Positions 25,601 to 39,169 of a stretch of DNA of 64,000 nt are shown here, piece by piece; position 1 is the first letter of the stretch; the number at the start of each line of letters is the position of its first letter. This stretch comes from Camelus dromedarius (lineage: Eukaryota): positions 88,600,001-88,664,000 of the forward strand of contig NC_087437.1 in NCBI RefSeq assembly GCF_036321535.1, in the 5' to 3' direction. The notes beneath the pieces are model-generated. The model was not told where the DNA came from. It made no database searches and saw only the letters and a program-made list of their open reading frames with translations. The translations under genes and the position numbers were made by a program.

Positions 25601-27309
25601 TGGGGGTGGCAGGGGAGGAAGGAAATGTGGAGCAACTTTTTTAATGCAACATTTTTGTTCAATGTTCCTGACTGGAAACATGAAAAAAAGAAATCCGTAT
25701 ACATATTTGTTTACCGGTTTAAATGTCTCCAACTATTTCTTTAACATCTCGATTTCTTGCTCAAGAAAAATTACTGGCTACACTGTGAACCTATTAGAAT
25801 GCTACATAGCTGTATATTGGTGTTCAGTGTGGAGAAAAAGCGCCATATTATGTGAAAGGAAAAGCATAAAGAATTATTTAAACAATCCTTGTGTGTATAA
25901 GCATAAATATGGGAAATACTCTCTTTGGATCAAGACCTTGAATACATCGTTCATTTTGTGTGTTTGTCTCTGTGTGTGTGTACACATCTCTTTAATATAT
26001 CATTTTGCTGTTTAGAATCTTAATTTTGCTTTGGACTTTTTCCCTCCCAATCTATTAGTGTTTAAGCAACACTGCCTTCCACAGGATGAAAACAATAGTA
26101 CCTTTTTTCCATAGATTTTATTTCTAACAGGAAGACACTTCAATAATAGTATCAGTATTATCAGTCACCTCTGGCTTTGTGACTCATGTCTCAGGGATTT
26201 TCAAGTATTTGTGGTAGTCAGACTTCCCCTCCCCATTTTCCCCCCTCCTAAGATCAAAGCCCTCAGGGCCACTGATACCCTGCTGTTGCTGCTAAAATTT
26301 AGCTGAGTCCACTCATGAAAACTTTCTCAGAATGACGTAGCGTGCAAGATATAACTGTCTAACTCCTTGTCGAGTCTTTTGAGATATTGTGGGAAGGTGA
26401 AGAAGGAAGGAAACAGGAAAAAAAAAAAAAAAAAAACAACTGGAAGCAGGAGATTTCATCTCTGCACCGAAGGCCCGGCCTTTCCTGGAGTAAACTCTAT
26501 GGCAAAAAGGGGGTTTGCCCTGACTGCCTTTTGTAATGGATGGCACTGAGCTGTGCTTTCATGCCTGAGAGGCAGTAAGCTGTTATGTGTCTAGTAATCA
26601 TACTCCTCCCTGCTGCAGTCACCCTTGTTTTATTACTCCTACACAGTCCCCCCCACTGACCCAATTGAAACAGTTGGGAAAATGCCAAAATACTTAGCAG
26701 CAACCATATGGAAGACCCTCCAAAAGTGCACAGCAGGAGCTAAAGATAGGGCTTGTTCATTAACAATAAAGACAAAATAGAAATATGTAGTATTTAAACT
26801 CAGCACTCAAATAGCTTAATTCTCTCCTAGTTTGAAGCAGGCTGATATTCAGCTGATAGGCACCAGGCAGACTGGCATCCATTCTGATGAGTTAGTTGGT
26901 CAAACTGTACTGGTATATATTTTGTCTGTCACTCCTTATTGAAGGGCATGTACCCTTAAACTTAACTGAGATTTAGGACACCAAGGAACCATCAGTTAGA
27001 ATGCAGTGGTATTTTTCACTTGTTTAAAACCATCATCACATACAAACCTACTGAGTCAACAAGACACATATATAAGCATATGTATGTGTGTGTGTGTGGA
27101 TAGAGAAAACATTTAAATTTTATTATTTTTAAACCTCATTAAGAAATAAACTAATATCCTATGGTCACATCATTGTGACCCAATACAAATTGCTCAGACA
27201 GAAAAATATTTATTACATACCTAATGGCACATGACATGTTATGTGCTGGGAGATGCCAATGAAGAAACAAATACAGTTCCCCTCCCCTTTTCTCTTACGC
27301 ACCTTTCTC

Positions 27310-28148
27310 CCAGGTTTTACTTTTTTTCTCATTCACCTGTCACTCTCTGACACCAATTCCGACATGTAGGATATTTTTCCCACACCAAGCAGTTCTCCAA
27401 CACCAGCTGGGTGTCTTATAGTTGAGCTCAGTTCCGACGATTCCCACGCTCTCCACCCAGAGGTAGCATCAGATCTGCAGGGCTGATGTGGCTCAGTCCC
27501 CCAAAAGTGCTCCCACCAATCACAAGTCCAGGTTGTTACCTGTGCTTCTGACCAATCAGCTGTAAATCAGAGATTCCTATGACCTGCTCCTTGGGTTCGA
27601 TTCATTTGTTGGATTATCTCACAGAACACAGGAAACCAGTTTACTCATTAGATTATCAGTTTATTACAATAGATATTAAAGGATATGGAATCAGCAGCCA
27701 GGTGAAGAGATACATCGGGCAAGGTCCTGAATGCAGGGTCTTCTGTCCCCATGGGGTTTGGGGCCCAGGCACAGTGGCACATGGATGCATTCTGGTTCAC
27801 CAACCTGGAAGCTCCCAGAACCCCAACCTTTTGGGGTTTTATGGAAGCTTCCTTACATAGGCATGGTTGATTAAATCACTGACCAGTGGTGAATGAACTC
27901 AGTCTTCAGCTCCTCTCCCCTCTCCAGATTTTGGAGGAAGGAGACTGTAAGTTCCAACCCTCTAATGTTGGTTCCCTTGGTGACCAGCGCCTGTTCTTAG
28001 ATGCTTTCCAAAAAGTCACCTCATTAATACCCACTTGTGAGCTTGTTATGAATACACACACCTTTATTGCTCTTATCACTTGAATTCCCAAGGGCTTTAA
28101 GAGCTTCGTGCTGAGGATAAAGACCAGATACCTATTTTCACACTATCA
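27310..28148 (-). mobile_element. MER21-family (MER21B-like) solo LTR
   Basis: ctccaacaccagctgggtgtc...gctcagtccc...tggttcaccaacctggaagctc...aattcccaagggctttaagagc. Confidence 0.85.
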
Positions 28149-28224
28149 CTCTTGCTCATCAAAGAGAAACAGGCTTAGGCTCCTATAAGTAAAAGAGCTT
28201 TTAAAAGCAGAGCTTTTCTAAAAT

Positions 28225-28370
28225 GTGATGAATGGTATGTGACACAGTGAGTTCCTTGTCACAGAAGTAGTCAAGCAGGAGTAGATTGTTGTAGAAAGAA
28301 TTCCTTTAAAGAATCAGTCTTGATAAGAAGGTTTCTAAGTTTCCTTTAAATCTGGGAAGTTTATTATGAC
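28225..28370 (+). mobile_element. L3/CR1 3'-end fragment
   Basis: agtgagttccttgtcacagaagtagtcaagcagg...tctaagtttcctttaaatctggg. Confidence 0.5.
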
Positions 28371-29569
28371 TAAAATGATGTCTTGGTGTATGGTGTTTCA
28401 TTCCTTACAGATAGTGTCATCAAATCTTACTGGCTTCACCCTTAAAGATAGGGTAAAGCCAAAAAGATAGAGCATTTCACAGTTCAGAATCATCCCAATC
28501 CATGAAACTTTCATCTTCTGGATCATTACCACCTGTATTACTTCCCTGCTTCCATCCTTCCCTCACTCCTCTCTTGTCTCAATAGAGCAGACAGAGTGGT
28601 CCCATTAAAATGTGAATCAGAGCATGCTATTCTGTTTCTCAGAAAGAGAGCAACATGATCTCAATACTCACGTCTGGACCCCACATACATGTGTGAACTC
28701 ATGCACGTGCGTGTGCGCACACGCACATATCTGTTCTACAGACTGAACTTCTGTTATTCATTTATTAAATATCCAAATTTTTACCATCCGGGTTTCCCTC
28801 CTGCTTATTTCCCTCCATTGTGTGTCGCTCACCTCACGCGGAACATAATTGTTTACATGCGATCTTGGAATGATGCCATCTATTATCTCCCTTGTTCTGT
28901 ACACGGAATTTCTGATAGTACTCTCTTCGATTGTGTTACAATTTTTTGACTATCATGTCCTTTGAATTGTATCAAACTTTTAGCCAATTAAAACTTTTAG
29001 TATTTTTTTTAAAATATAAATTCCTACTCAGTTCTCCCCATCCTATACTTGACTATGGATAATTTTAACCCAAATACAAAAGTTTTCATGCATCACTAGA
29101 GACATCCATTCTTCTTTATATTGATTCGCTTGTAAGTACTTTTGAGCCATGGTAGCTGTCTATGAATCCATTCATACAAAGTCATCAAGATTTTATTTAA
29201 CTTTCATTTTTTAGGACCATTTTGAAGATTTTTGTAATTTTTGATAAAGCAGAAAGAATTTTCTGCTGAGATCAAGGTATGCCTATGTTATATCACACTT
29301 TATCTGTTCCAGCAACCTATAAAGATAGAAGAGATGAGTTGAGTTTGGTGTCATTCATTCCAGAGGAAACAATATTCCCTCCACATGATTAACAGTTTCT
29401 TTTCTGAGTATTAATAAAACATAATTTAATAATCTATTTAAAAGAATTTTCTGGAATATTTTTTAACATAGTGTCCTCTTTGAAATCCAGAGTATTTGCC
29501 ATTTTTCAGGCTTTTGGTGTCTTAGCTATCATTTAAATAGACACCCTCTTCTACTCTTTAGGCCCTTGA

Positions 29570-29823
29570 GAGCATACAACATCATGATTGAGAGTGCTGG
29601 CTTTGGACATAGACTGCCCAGGTCTGTGCCGACTCAGCCACTTTCTAGCTGTCAGACCTGGGGCAAGTCATTGCACCTCTCCATGTTCATTTCATCACAT
29701 GTACAATAGAGATAATATCAGTACTACCTTCATGTGGCTGTTGAAAGAATTAAATGAACTAATAAATGTAAACATCCAGAGTAGCACCAACACATACCAA
29801 GCAATGCACAGTGTTAGGTATTG
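29570..29823 (+). mobile_element. Near full-length MIR SINE
   Basis: gagagtgctggctttggacatagactgcccaggtctg...gggcaagtcattgcacctctc...aattaaatgaactaataaatgtaaac. Confidence 0.85.
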
Positions 29824-32800
29824 TTCCCAGCTCTCTCATCTTTTTGTGTTTTATCAAGAGCAATCTCTTCACTTTGAATTTCAGTCATCTGTAATAGAGA
29901 AAATATAAATATTCAATTTATGTTTTCCAATTCTGATCCTGGTTACCTTCACCCTAACAGACACTCCACCCTACCCTACTCCCCAGTTAGCCCTTTTCTT
30001 TCTCCTTAATTTAAAAAAAAAAAACTGTTTTTCTTGTTCTTGACTCCATTGTATTTGTAGAATTGACTTGTTTAAGAAATATGTGCCTAACATTGGTATT
30101 TATTATATTGGGAGGATTCATTACAGACTTGTTTGTGTTGGTCTCTTCTCCTCAGCAGCTGATCCTAAGCTCCTTGGGTTCAGAGAGAATAGAGAATTTC
30201 TTGTCACACACTTCAATCATTTCCTACTGGAATGTAAGTATATTTCATCAAAACTTAATAATGCAGTAGCATCTTTTATTACCTATGTTTCAATGTTTCA
30301 ATGCCAAAATGACATGATATATAATTAGTACATTTCTATTGACTTAACACACTTAGTTTCAAGTCTTCATATATCTGAAAGCAGCCAACATTATCCATCC
30401 CCATAAACAGCATATGTCTAGAGAGCCTGGTTCCAAGTCAATAAATAATCTAAAGAGTAATGTGGATATCCCCTTTTTTGCTTCCTGTTTCATTTAGGTT
30501 CAAATTTGTACAGACTATAAAACTGTTTTGCTATTTCATTAATTACAAACTATATTCTGCCTTATATTTAATAATGTTACAGGACAAAATTGACTATTTA
30601 TAAGCAAAGTTGTGAATAACATGTCAACTTATATAGCACTGAATTGTTTTTAGAGACGTAGAAACTTAGGACAGAGTCATTGGCAAAGTCTGAAAAGTCT
30701 CTTATTTCTTGAAGTAAACAGTTAAGAGAGAAATGAAATGGCTTTTCAAAGTCATACAGCTAATAAGGTGTTGAGTCAGAGGATGTGAGGAAAGACTCCT
30801 TTGGTGTGTTCGTACTTCCTGGTCGATGACGTCGGCTCTGTTGGTCAATTACTGGGGAGGTTGTGTGTGCTCAGGGGGCAGGACAGCAAAGAGTGTGGAC
30901 TGTGTAAGGTCCACATGCACTCACAGAGGAATACGAGGTTTGATTTCAGGCAAAGGTAAGCTGGAGAAGGATCTCCCGTTGTACCATCCCTTCCTGGTTC
31001 CCAGCTCTCGTCAGGGCTCAGCGTCTGTACATGGATCCCCCTCTCTTAACATCTCCAAATTCAGAGCAGAATAGGCAGTGCTGCTTCTACCCGACAAAAC
31101 AAAGGACAACACTCAAAGGAGATTATCTCAAACATGTGGGTAATTTCTGTCCCTTTCAAGCTAAATAATGTACGCAACATTGCCCATGTTTTAGCATGTT
31201 CGCCATGTTACAGCATGACAATTTGGAATTTTCCCTATGACTTCTGTCTCCATGCTTTCATAGTTCCAGAAATTTGCCTCATTTTTCTGTTTGTCAAATC
31301 TTGCTTTTAAAAATATCTGCCACAAAGAATGAGTCAGACCAGTCGGACATTTAGTCAATGAAAAGCTAAATGAGGACCCTAAGTGTGTAGTGCTGCACAT
31401 CATTGGTTTTATAGTCAAAAAGAGTTCGTGTGTTACTTGGATGTGTAACAACATGATCCTTCTTGAAAAATATACTCAGCTTTGCGCTGAATTCCTCACA
31501 GTGTTAATAGGAGTTGCACATGAGTAAATCAAGACAGTATTTGTGCCCCCTGGCACAACACAGCGTATGTATAGATTTGCTCTTCAATCCAATAAGGACT
31601 CTGGAGCACAGAGCTACTGCCATATAAGGTAGAAATGAACTTCAGTATAGGAGTGATGGACTTGATTCTTCAATAAAATAAACCTTAATAGCTATCTCAC
31701 TTTCTATTTCAAATGAGTAGAAATTAAAAGAGGCTGTGGATGTTAGATCTTGGTAAATTACTAAGTATGAATAATTTACTAAAACAGTGGCATTACACTT
31801 TCTATTTCTTATTATTACACAAATAAGATGGCCTTTTATAGTAACACCCATTTCAAGCTACATTTACATGGGCTTCTCTTCATTGTTTTATTCAGTCACA
31901 TAACAAATATTCAAAGAGCACCTGCAATATGAAACATGCAATGCTAGTTAAGGGGTCTAAAAATGAACTAGGGATGGGTTTTGTTTTAAAGAAGTTAAAA
32001 GTCTAGTAAAAGTATTAAACGTACATCAAGAATTAAAATGACAAGTCACACTATATGGTCGTACAATTTGGGACCACTAAAAAAATTATGTGATTAATTG
32101 AACTTGTGACCATAAATTTGTTTGGAAATCTTTAAGATAGTTGGGCTATAATTCATCTATTGTATTTAGAAATGTGTCATCATTTTTAAAAGGTCTCCTC
32201 TTAAATGTGTCTCTCTTTATATGCAGGGAAGTGACTCAGAAGTTCAGAGATGTCTAAGAGTAGATGAAAAATTAAAATAATTTTGAAAATAATTTTTTCG
32301 ATATTTTAGATGCAGTGAAAATATAGGAATGTCTAAAGTGCATAAACCTGAACTTACTGATAGACACAATAGTAATCATAAGTAATATCTGAATGTACAT
32401 AATGTTCAGACTCTGAAGGAGTGCTGTATCATATTTTCATAGTTTAATATGAGAATTGCTTATCTTCACTTTTTGTTTCTTTTTTATTTGTCAGAAGTAT
32501 AACTTAGGCTATAAACCAGCCTAAAACATACAATTTAAAAATTAAAAATTTAATATTATTTTTAAATTATAACTTTAAGATAATCATTCTTAAACAGACC
32601 TGAGCATTCAGTTTGTTGGAATCTTGTTGATGCACATACAGACCCAGTTGTGAGATTAGTGTCCACCTGAGACTAATTTTTACGAGGTCCTTGTGAGAAC
32701 ACAGTCAACGATCGTATTTAGTGATGGTCTATTCTATGTATGGCATAAAGAGGTGTAAAGAGGTATCAAGATAGAGTTTCTGCCAAATTAAGAATAATCT

Positions 32801-33079
32801 ATTCTAGATGATGACAACTAACCCCACAAGCAAAGTAACTTGTATTAAGAGGGTTAAATTTGTAGTTAAGTGTAGCAAGGTGATTTGTCACGTCAGAACA
32901 TACGTATAGGTGAGGACAGTTTTTATGACAACAGCTGCTGCCTTTGGAGATATGGAGCGTCTCAAATACAATTTTGAGATTAGTGGGAGCAGGATATTGG
33001 TTTATAAAGGAGGCTGTTCAAGTGGTTTACCCCTAACCTCTCTCGGATGTCTACCCTTGGTTTTTTACCAGAAGGATGC

Positions 33080-33530
33080 TGTACGAGTTTCCCACTGCTG
33101 CTGTAACAGACTACCACAAACTTACTGCCTAACAGCTCAAATGTATTATTTGACAGTCATGGAGGCCAGAATTCTGAAATGGGTCTTACTGGACTGAAAT
33201 CAAGGTTTCATCAGGGGTGTGTTTTCTAGAGGCTGCCTGAATTCTTTGACTCCTTGCCCCTTCCTCCATCTTCAAAGCTTGCAGAGTAACATCTTCAAAT
33301 CTGTCTCCAACTCTGACTCTGCTAACCTCCTTCCACATTTAAGGTCACTTGTGACTGCAGGGGACCCACTCAGATATTCCAGGATAATCTCCTGATTTTA
33401 GAGTCAGGTGGTTAGCAATCTGAAATCCATCTGTAACCTTAATTTCCCTTTGCCATGTAACACAACTCACTCACAAGTTCCAGGCATTAGGACGTGAACA
33501 CCTTTGAGGGACAGCATTCTGTCTACCAGA
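33080..33530 (-). mobile_element. MaLR solo LTR, MLT1D-like
   Basis: tgtacgagtttcccactgctgctgtaacagactaccacaaac...ccaggataatctcc...cacaagttccaggcattaggacgtgaacacctttgaggg. Confidence 0.85.
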
Positions 33531-35344
33531 GGTGAGACTAAGTTTGTTTAAAAGTATGACTCATTGGCCCTATTCCAATTGTAGATTGATTCCCTAATGC
33601 TATCTTACACCCCCCAAGTGGTTCTAAAAAGCACTGTTGACCTTACTGACATAGATATACTGTTCTTCTCTACTGTCATGCATCATGGTTAGCTGTGTTC
33701 GAAATGCTAACGTGTGTAGCTTTCCCCTGGCAAGAGTACCCCTGCTGCGTTCTCACATCGGCTCTAGCAGGTTCCTAGGAAAGGGAGTAAAACACATGAC
33801 ATTTGGACAAATCCTGACATGAAATTTTTCATTGAAACAGACTTGGTTTAATACTTTGTTCTGCTTTATGGATATAGTGCATTTGTATTTAATCAAAATT
33901 TTATTTGAGATTTAATTTTGGACTCAGGCTGTATTCATAGTGTTGACAATCAACATATTTAAATGTTTAAATAACTGACTGCCTTTTTCTTTTATCCTCC
34001 ACACATTGCTGGCAGATAAGGTTTCAATAAACATTAGTTGTATTAAGTCAACGATATTCAATCAACATTTAGCTTATAATTTAAATATATTTCAAAAATG
34101 CATATTCAAGTCATACCACTCAGTTCTATTGCAAGAAAGACAAAGTAGGTAAAACTAGATCAGAATGCTTAATAATTTATTCAGTCATTTATTTCTTCTA
34201 TGCTAGAATTTCAGAGGTTAACAGGGTCTTACAAGTCATCTGTTACAAGCTGTTAGTTTTACAAATAGATATCAGGGCCCATAACAAAGAATTGCTGAAA
34301 CTCACTGTTATCACTAGGAGTTCTATAACGAGGAACCCTCGATGACCCAGCTTCCAAGCCAATGCTTGCCCTGTCCTGTCTTAATAAAGAGACAGAGAAT
34401 AAAGAAGAGAGAAGATCTGGAAGGCAGTCTCAGAACTCTGCAGGCATTGTTGATACACTTAGACATTATGGTTTATGAAGAAATGACAAGATGTTCCCAC
34501 CACCATCAGGGCCCAGGGTATAATTCATGTAGCTCATTGAGGCCAGGTTTGTACATATGAGAGGCCAGCCCTTTGGGTAAACTTCTTATTCGCCTAGGTG
34601 CATTTGAGCTAGGAAATTTCTTGCAGCAAATGATTTCTGCCATTCAGTGTGAAAATTCAGGAGAACACTCATTAATATTTTTGTAAATATATTCTGATTT
34701 GAATGAAGATGGAAAATTATTTTACGTCAGAAGCGTAAATGGACAGAGATGAGATCGGTTCCAGAAAGGAATGATGCAGAAATAGGATTAGGATTATGGA
34801 GCTGTGATTTTTTTGAAGCCCTGCCCACAATCTGCTAAAGAAATTAGAAATTGATGAAGACAATTCCCTGGAACAAGTCAGGATGTATGCATGTACCCTA
34901 TTCAATATCTAAGTCACAAGAAACAGTTCTTAAGTCTCACAGTTCCCTCAAACCCAGGCTGAGGTTATCCAGGTTCGGATGATGAAATAGAGATTGAGAG
35001 AAATACTAGTATTTCTGTGGGACATGTTCAGCACTGGAGAAGCAAAAAGCATAAAAATAAAAAGGGCAGACATTTTACTTCAATTAAAATGACAAATATT
35101 CAGTGTCTTCCAGAATATGGTTTAAAATTTAAAAATAAATTCCAACAGGTTTATGTCAAAAGAATGCCTAATGACAAGGAAGACTTTTCTAAAATAGAGT
35201 CAGAAATGTTGGTCAGATAAATTACATGAATACAAATATAAATTATGGTTACTCTTAGTCATTTTAGTAATATCTGACATTACAAGAGAGGGCAGTTTCT
35301 TCTACAATTTGCACATAACCCATTACGTAGTAAAGCAGATCTAA

Positions 35345-35505
35345 GCCCAGGGTTGTGTTGCCCAGGGAGGTTGGGGACTCTCTCCTTGGGGGTCATAAAT
35401 ACAGTCTTCCATCTGCTGGAAGCTGTTTAGGTGAAACACGCCTGAAGTCGGGGGCTGGATCAGATGATCTCTGGGGGTCTCTTCCAGCCTTTTGAGTCTT
35501 TGAGA
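35345..35505 (+). mobile_element. L3/CR1 3'-end fragment
   Basis: gggctggatcagatgatctctgggggtctcttccagcc. Confidence 0.55.
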
Positions 35506-37902
35506 GAAATTTCTAATCAGCATGTTAATGAGGGCTTTAAATTTGTATTCTGGTTTCCTTGAAGATAATTACCAGAAACACTAAGCAGACAATAGCATCT
35601 CTAAATGCCTGTTTAAAAGAAAAAGAAAAAGAAGAAAGAAAGAAAAAAAAAAGATTCTATTCAAAGAGAAAAAAAAGAGGTAATAAAATGTGACCCACTT
35701 GATATCAGAGAAGGCAATTACCTGAGAAGGTGGTATGCATCGGTGGTCTTGGTAACGTCTGAGGCAGTCCAAGGTTGCTGGATCTTTTCCCTGTTCTTAC
35801 GGTGTCTTGCTGTGTGACCCAGGGAAAGTCACTTGACCTTAGTTTCCTCACCTGAAAATGCAAGACCCCAGGAGTTGTGCTTGATTACCTGACTACTGTT
35901 GAGCTACAGGAACTGAATGAAGAATGGAATTTCATTTTGGGCTTCACTGCGGCAGCAATGACGAATGGGAGTCACATGAATTAGGTGAGCCCCTGCGCTT
36001 CATTAACCGACAGAAGAAACGTCTGAACGACATGGCTGGTAAACTCAACTTTGAAAACCCTTTCAGAAATCTTAATTTGGATACTATATAGATGATAAAT
36101 AGAGCAAAGGCGTATTTTGATTTCTACATTATGGAAAGTCAATTGTAATCTTATTCTATGTGTTCAGTTAACCTAGTTACTCCAAAATTGGCCCCAGAAG
36201 AGAAGGAATGGGAAAAATGCATACGCGAGGCCAACATGTTTTCTTCCTATACCTAGTTTTTAGAGGGGAAAAATCATTTTATTAATATTGATGTATAGCT
36301 GCTTTAGAAATAAGAACATAAATGTATCAGTCTGAATTATTTTTTCCCTATGTCCTTCCTTTCTTTACCAGTAGTAAAATAAGTTAAATCTGAATTTTCA
36401 TATATTTCTTGCTACAGAATGTCATTTACCCTGGGTGACTAAGCTGGCAGTTTCCCAGACCTGGAGCATAGGGTTAAATACTTAGCTCAATGTTATTTCT
36501 AACAACACATTTTCCCCACCAGAGATTACTGCTTGTTTCAAAAAACATGCCCTAAACAAGAAATCTAATGAGAAAGGAGTTAAACTCATGCAAAACACAA
36601 AAGACAATGCTTTTCAAAATCAGCTAGAACTTATCTCTGAGTACTACTAATAACCATTATCTATATTTTAAGAAACAACACTGATTGCAGTGAGAGAACC
36701 AGATCTGTTCCGTATGAAAAAGTATTTGGCATTTTGATTAAAGATTGCAGTTTTCCGCAGCCTTTTGTTCATAAACATTAAAGAGAGGGCAGGGATATCC
36801 CAGGAAATACTGCATTTCCTGAGGTTTGGGGAATCATAAATTCTGGTCCGACCCTGCTAGTCAGATTTTAGATGGCATTATACCTTAGTCCTACCATCTG
36901 TACAGTATGAATAATCATATTTTGCTAACTCACAAGTGTGTTGTAAAGAACAGGCACTAAAAAGTAACTCTGAACATAACAACCATTCTCAGAGCTCAGC
37001 TGAGAAGGAAAACAAATGGTTAAGAGATAACAAAGCAAGTGGGTTGAACTTTGTAATAAAACGCTGAGCATCTCATTGAACCTGATAACAAAAATATAGT
37101 CTAACAATGTTTACCTACCAAAATTTTCGTATGGCTTGATTTTTATCCACAAAATGTGCATGATTTGGAACTTGGGATTTTACTCCAAAGTCTGTGAGGG
37201 ACAGCAAAAGAGGAAAACACAGCCCAACCCTGCAGTGTTTTTGGTATCTCTTTCATAAGGGTTCAGCTAATGGTACCTTCTTACTGTAAGTCTATGCAGT
37301 ACTTAATACTGAATAACACCTTTAGTTGAAGAATTGAGCAGTATACTTTATTTGAAGAACAGGGCTAGGGCAACTGTTAGGACTTGAAGGAATACCTTTT
37401 GCTACAGGTATTGATATTTATTAACATGACTCTGGTAGAATACCCAGCAAGTCTCTGTGTTTCTCCCTTCTAAATTTTGAATTCCTAGGATACCAAATCT
37501 ATATGTCCAACTGAGGTCAGATATTTATCCCTTGATATTCAGATGAACTCAGAATAGAAAGGTTAGAGTACACATATGGCTATTAAGAACCCATTTTTGC
37601 TTATTAGTGGGTTATTATCAGATAAGTAAAAAAAAAAAAAAAATCATTGTGAACCAAGGAACCACCCCTGGTGTTGACTTCTAAAAGCATTCTTACTAAA
37701 TGTATATTGCTAAATGTTATTAAAAGCAAGTTAGCATCCTTTGGTATATGGGAGAAAGATAACATGCTGACTTTCTTCTCTTTGTGCTTGAAAGGACATT
37801 CCTATCACTGAAAAAAATCAGTTTGGAAATGTGGAGTTGGAAGTTGTGTGTCTCCAATTCCTTTCTTTGTATGACTTTCTGGAAAGATTTTGCTCTCAAC
37901 AT

Positions 37903-37905
<3 letters not shown>

Positions 37906-37936
<31 letters not shown>
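37906..37936. repeat. Poly(T)31 tract
   Basis: Directly visible. Confidence 0.95.
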
Positions 37937-37939
<3 letters not shown>

Positions 37940-38029
37940 AATTTCCCTTAGCTTCTTCCTTTTGTGAAATTTGAGTTTTATCCAATAAAAATGAAATAAA
38001 TGACACAAGTAAGTAAGTTGAGGATCCCT

Positions 38030-38290
38030 GGTTTAGTGTTAGGAAAGTCAGAAGGAAAGAGAATCTCAAAGATGAGTGGTCAAAGTGTGAAAATCATGTA
38101 CAGTGGGTGCAGAGAGGGCAGAGGAAAAGGCCATTTGATTTTGTGATTGTCATTGGTGACCTTCAGAAGTTTGATTCATTAGTGTAGGGGCAGAAGGTCA
38201 GAATACTTTGAGATAAAGAGCAAATGATGGTGAGAAAATGAGTAGAAAGAAGAATACACTTCAAAATTCTGAGAGTTAAATAAAAGGAAG
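38030..38290 (-). mobile_element. L2 fragment
   Basis: gaaaaggccatttgattttgtgattgtcattggtgaccttcag. Confidence 0.6.
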
Positions 38291-39169
38291 TAGAGTGTTT
38301 TCAAGATACTTGAAATAAGACCTTACAACATGTGGTGGGGCGCATGTGTAGGTCCAGGAAAACTCTTAATCAGTGGACTCAAGCATGCTTATGGGAAAAG
38401 GTGAGAAATGCCATCATGCTTTGTATAGGATTTCCTGTAGTCCATGCCCTATCAGCCTTGAATGGGTGCCCAGAAGTACCTTCACTTTTTTTTTTTAATC
38501 ATTCATCGCTTTTCTCTTCTTTTTTTATTCTTCTCATTCTCCTCAGCCTCAAAACACCAAGGTCATAGTGCACCTTGCAGTCAGGGCAAATCATACTGTT
38601 GTTTGGGGGTTTCATCCTGTTTTCTGCTGGGAGTAATTGAGAGCGTCTGGATTCTCTGGAGTTTAACATCTGAAAGGTAAACACTTCTATGTTAGTATCG
38701 ACAACCTTAAAGGAAGGAAGTGCATAAAAGGAACAGGAAACTTATATTACCCCACGAGTGTATTTATAACAGCAGGAGAGCTCCTAGTGGAGGCAAAGAT
38801 GAAAGATGGCGGCACCATTGTCTGTCAAACAGAGCTGAAGACTACCTACATCACAGTCACCTGTGGTGTTTATCTAAGTCACATCGTTTTTGTCACACAT
38901 CTTTTCTAGGCAAAGAGCAAAAGGAAGTTTATCTTTAAAAATGAAAAAGAGTATCTTTGCCTCTGAGATTTAAGCAAAGAAGAAAGAGTCTGGATGAACT
39001 TTATGGAAAAGTGGACAGATGAGCACATAAATAGCTTAATTTGAACATCTTGATTCTCTAAGTGATGTAAGAAGTCCTGTATTGAAAAATAAGTAAACGG
39101 TGGAATCATGAGTGGAGAAAAAAATAGAGAAGTTTTAGAATGGTCACTATGCTGAATTCCCTAGGAATC

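Noticed and set aside
25569..26015. 148-aa plus ORF
   Set aside because: GTG start, runs through AT-rich and (TG)-rich sequence, no homology I can recognise; it lies in the putative lncRNA intron
31543..31557. CTCF-like TGCCCCCTGGCAC (also a partial match near 57005)
   Set aside because: Lacks the conserved terminal GG of the core; cannot be supported without a PWM score or ChIP data
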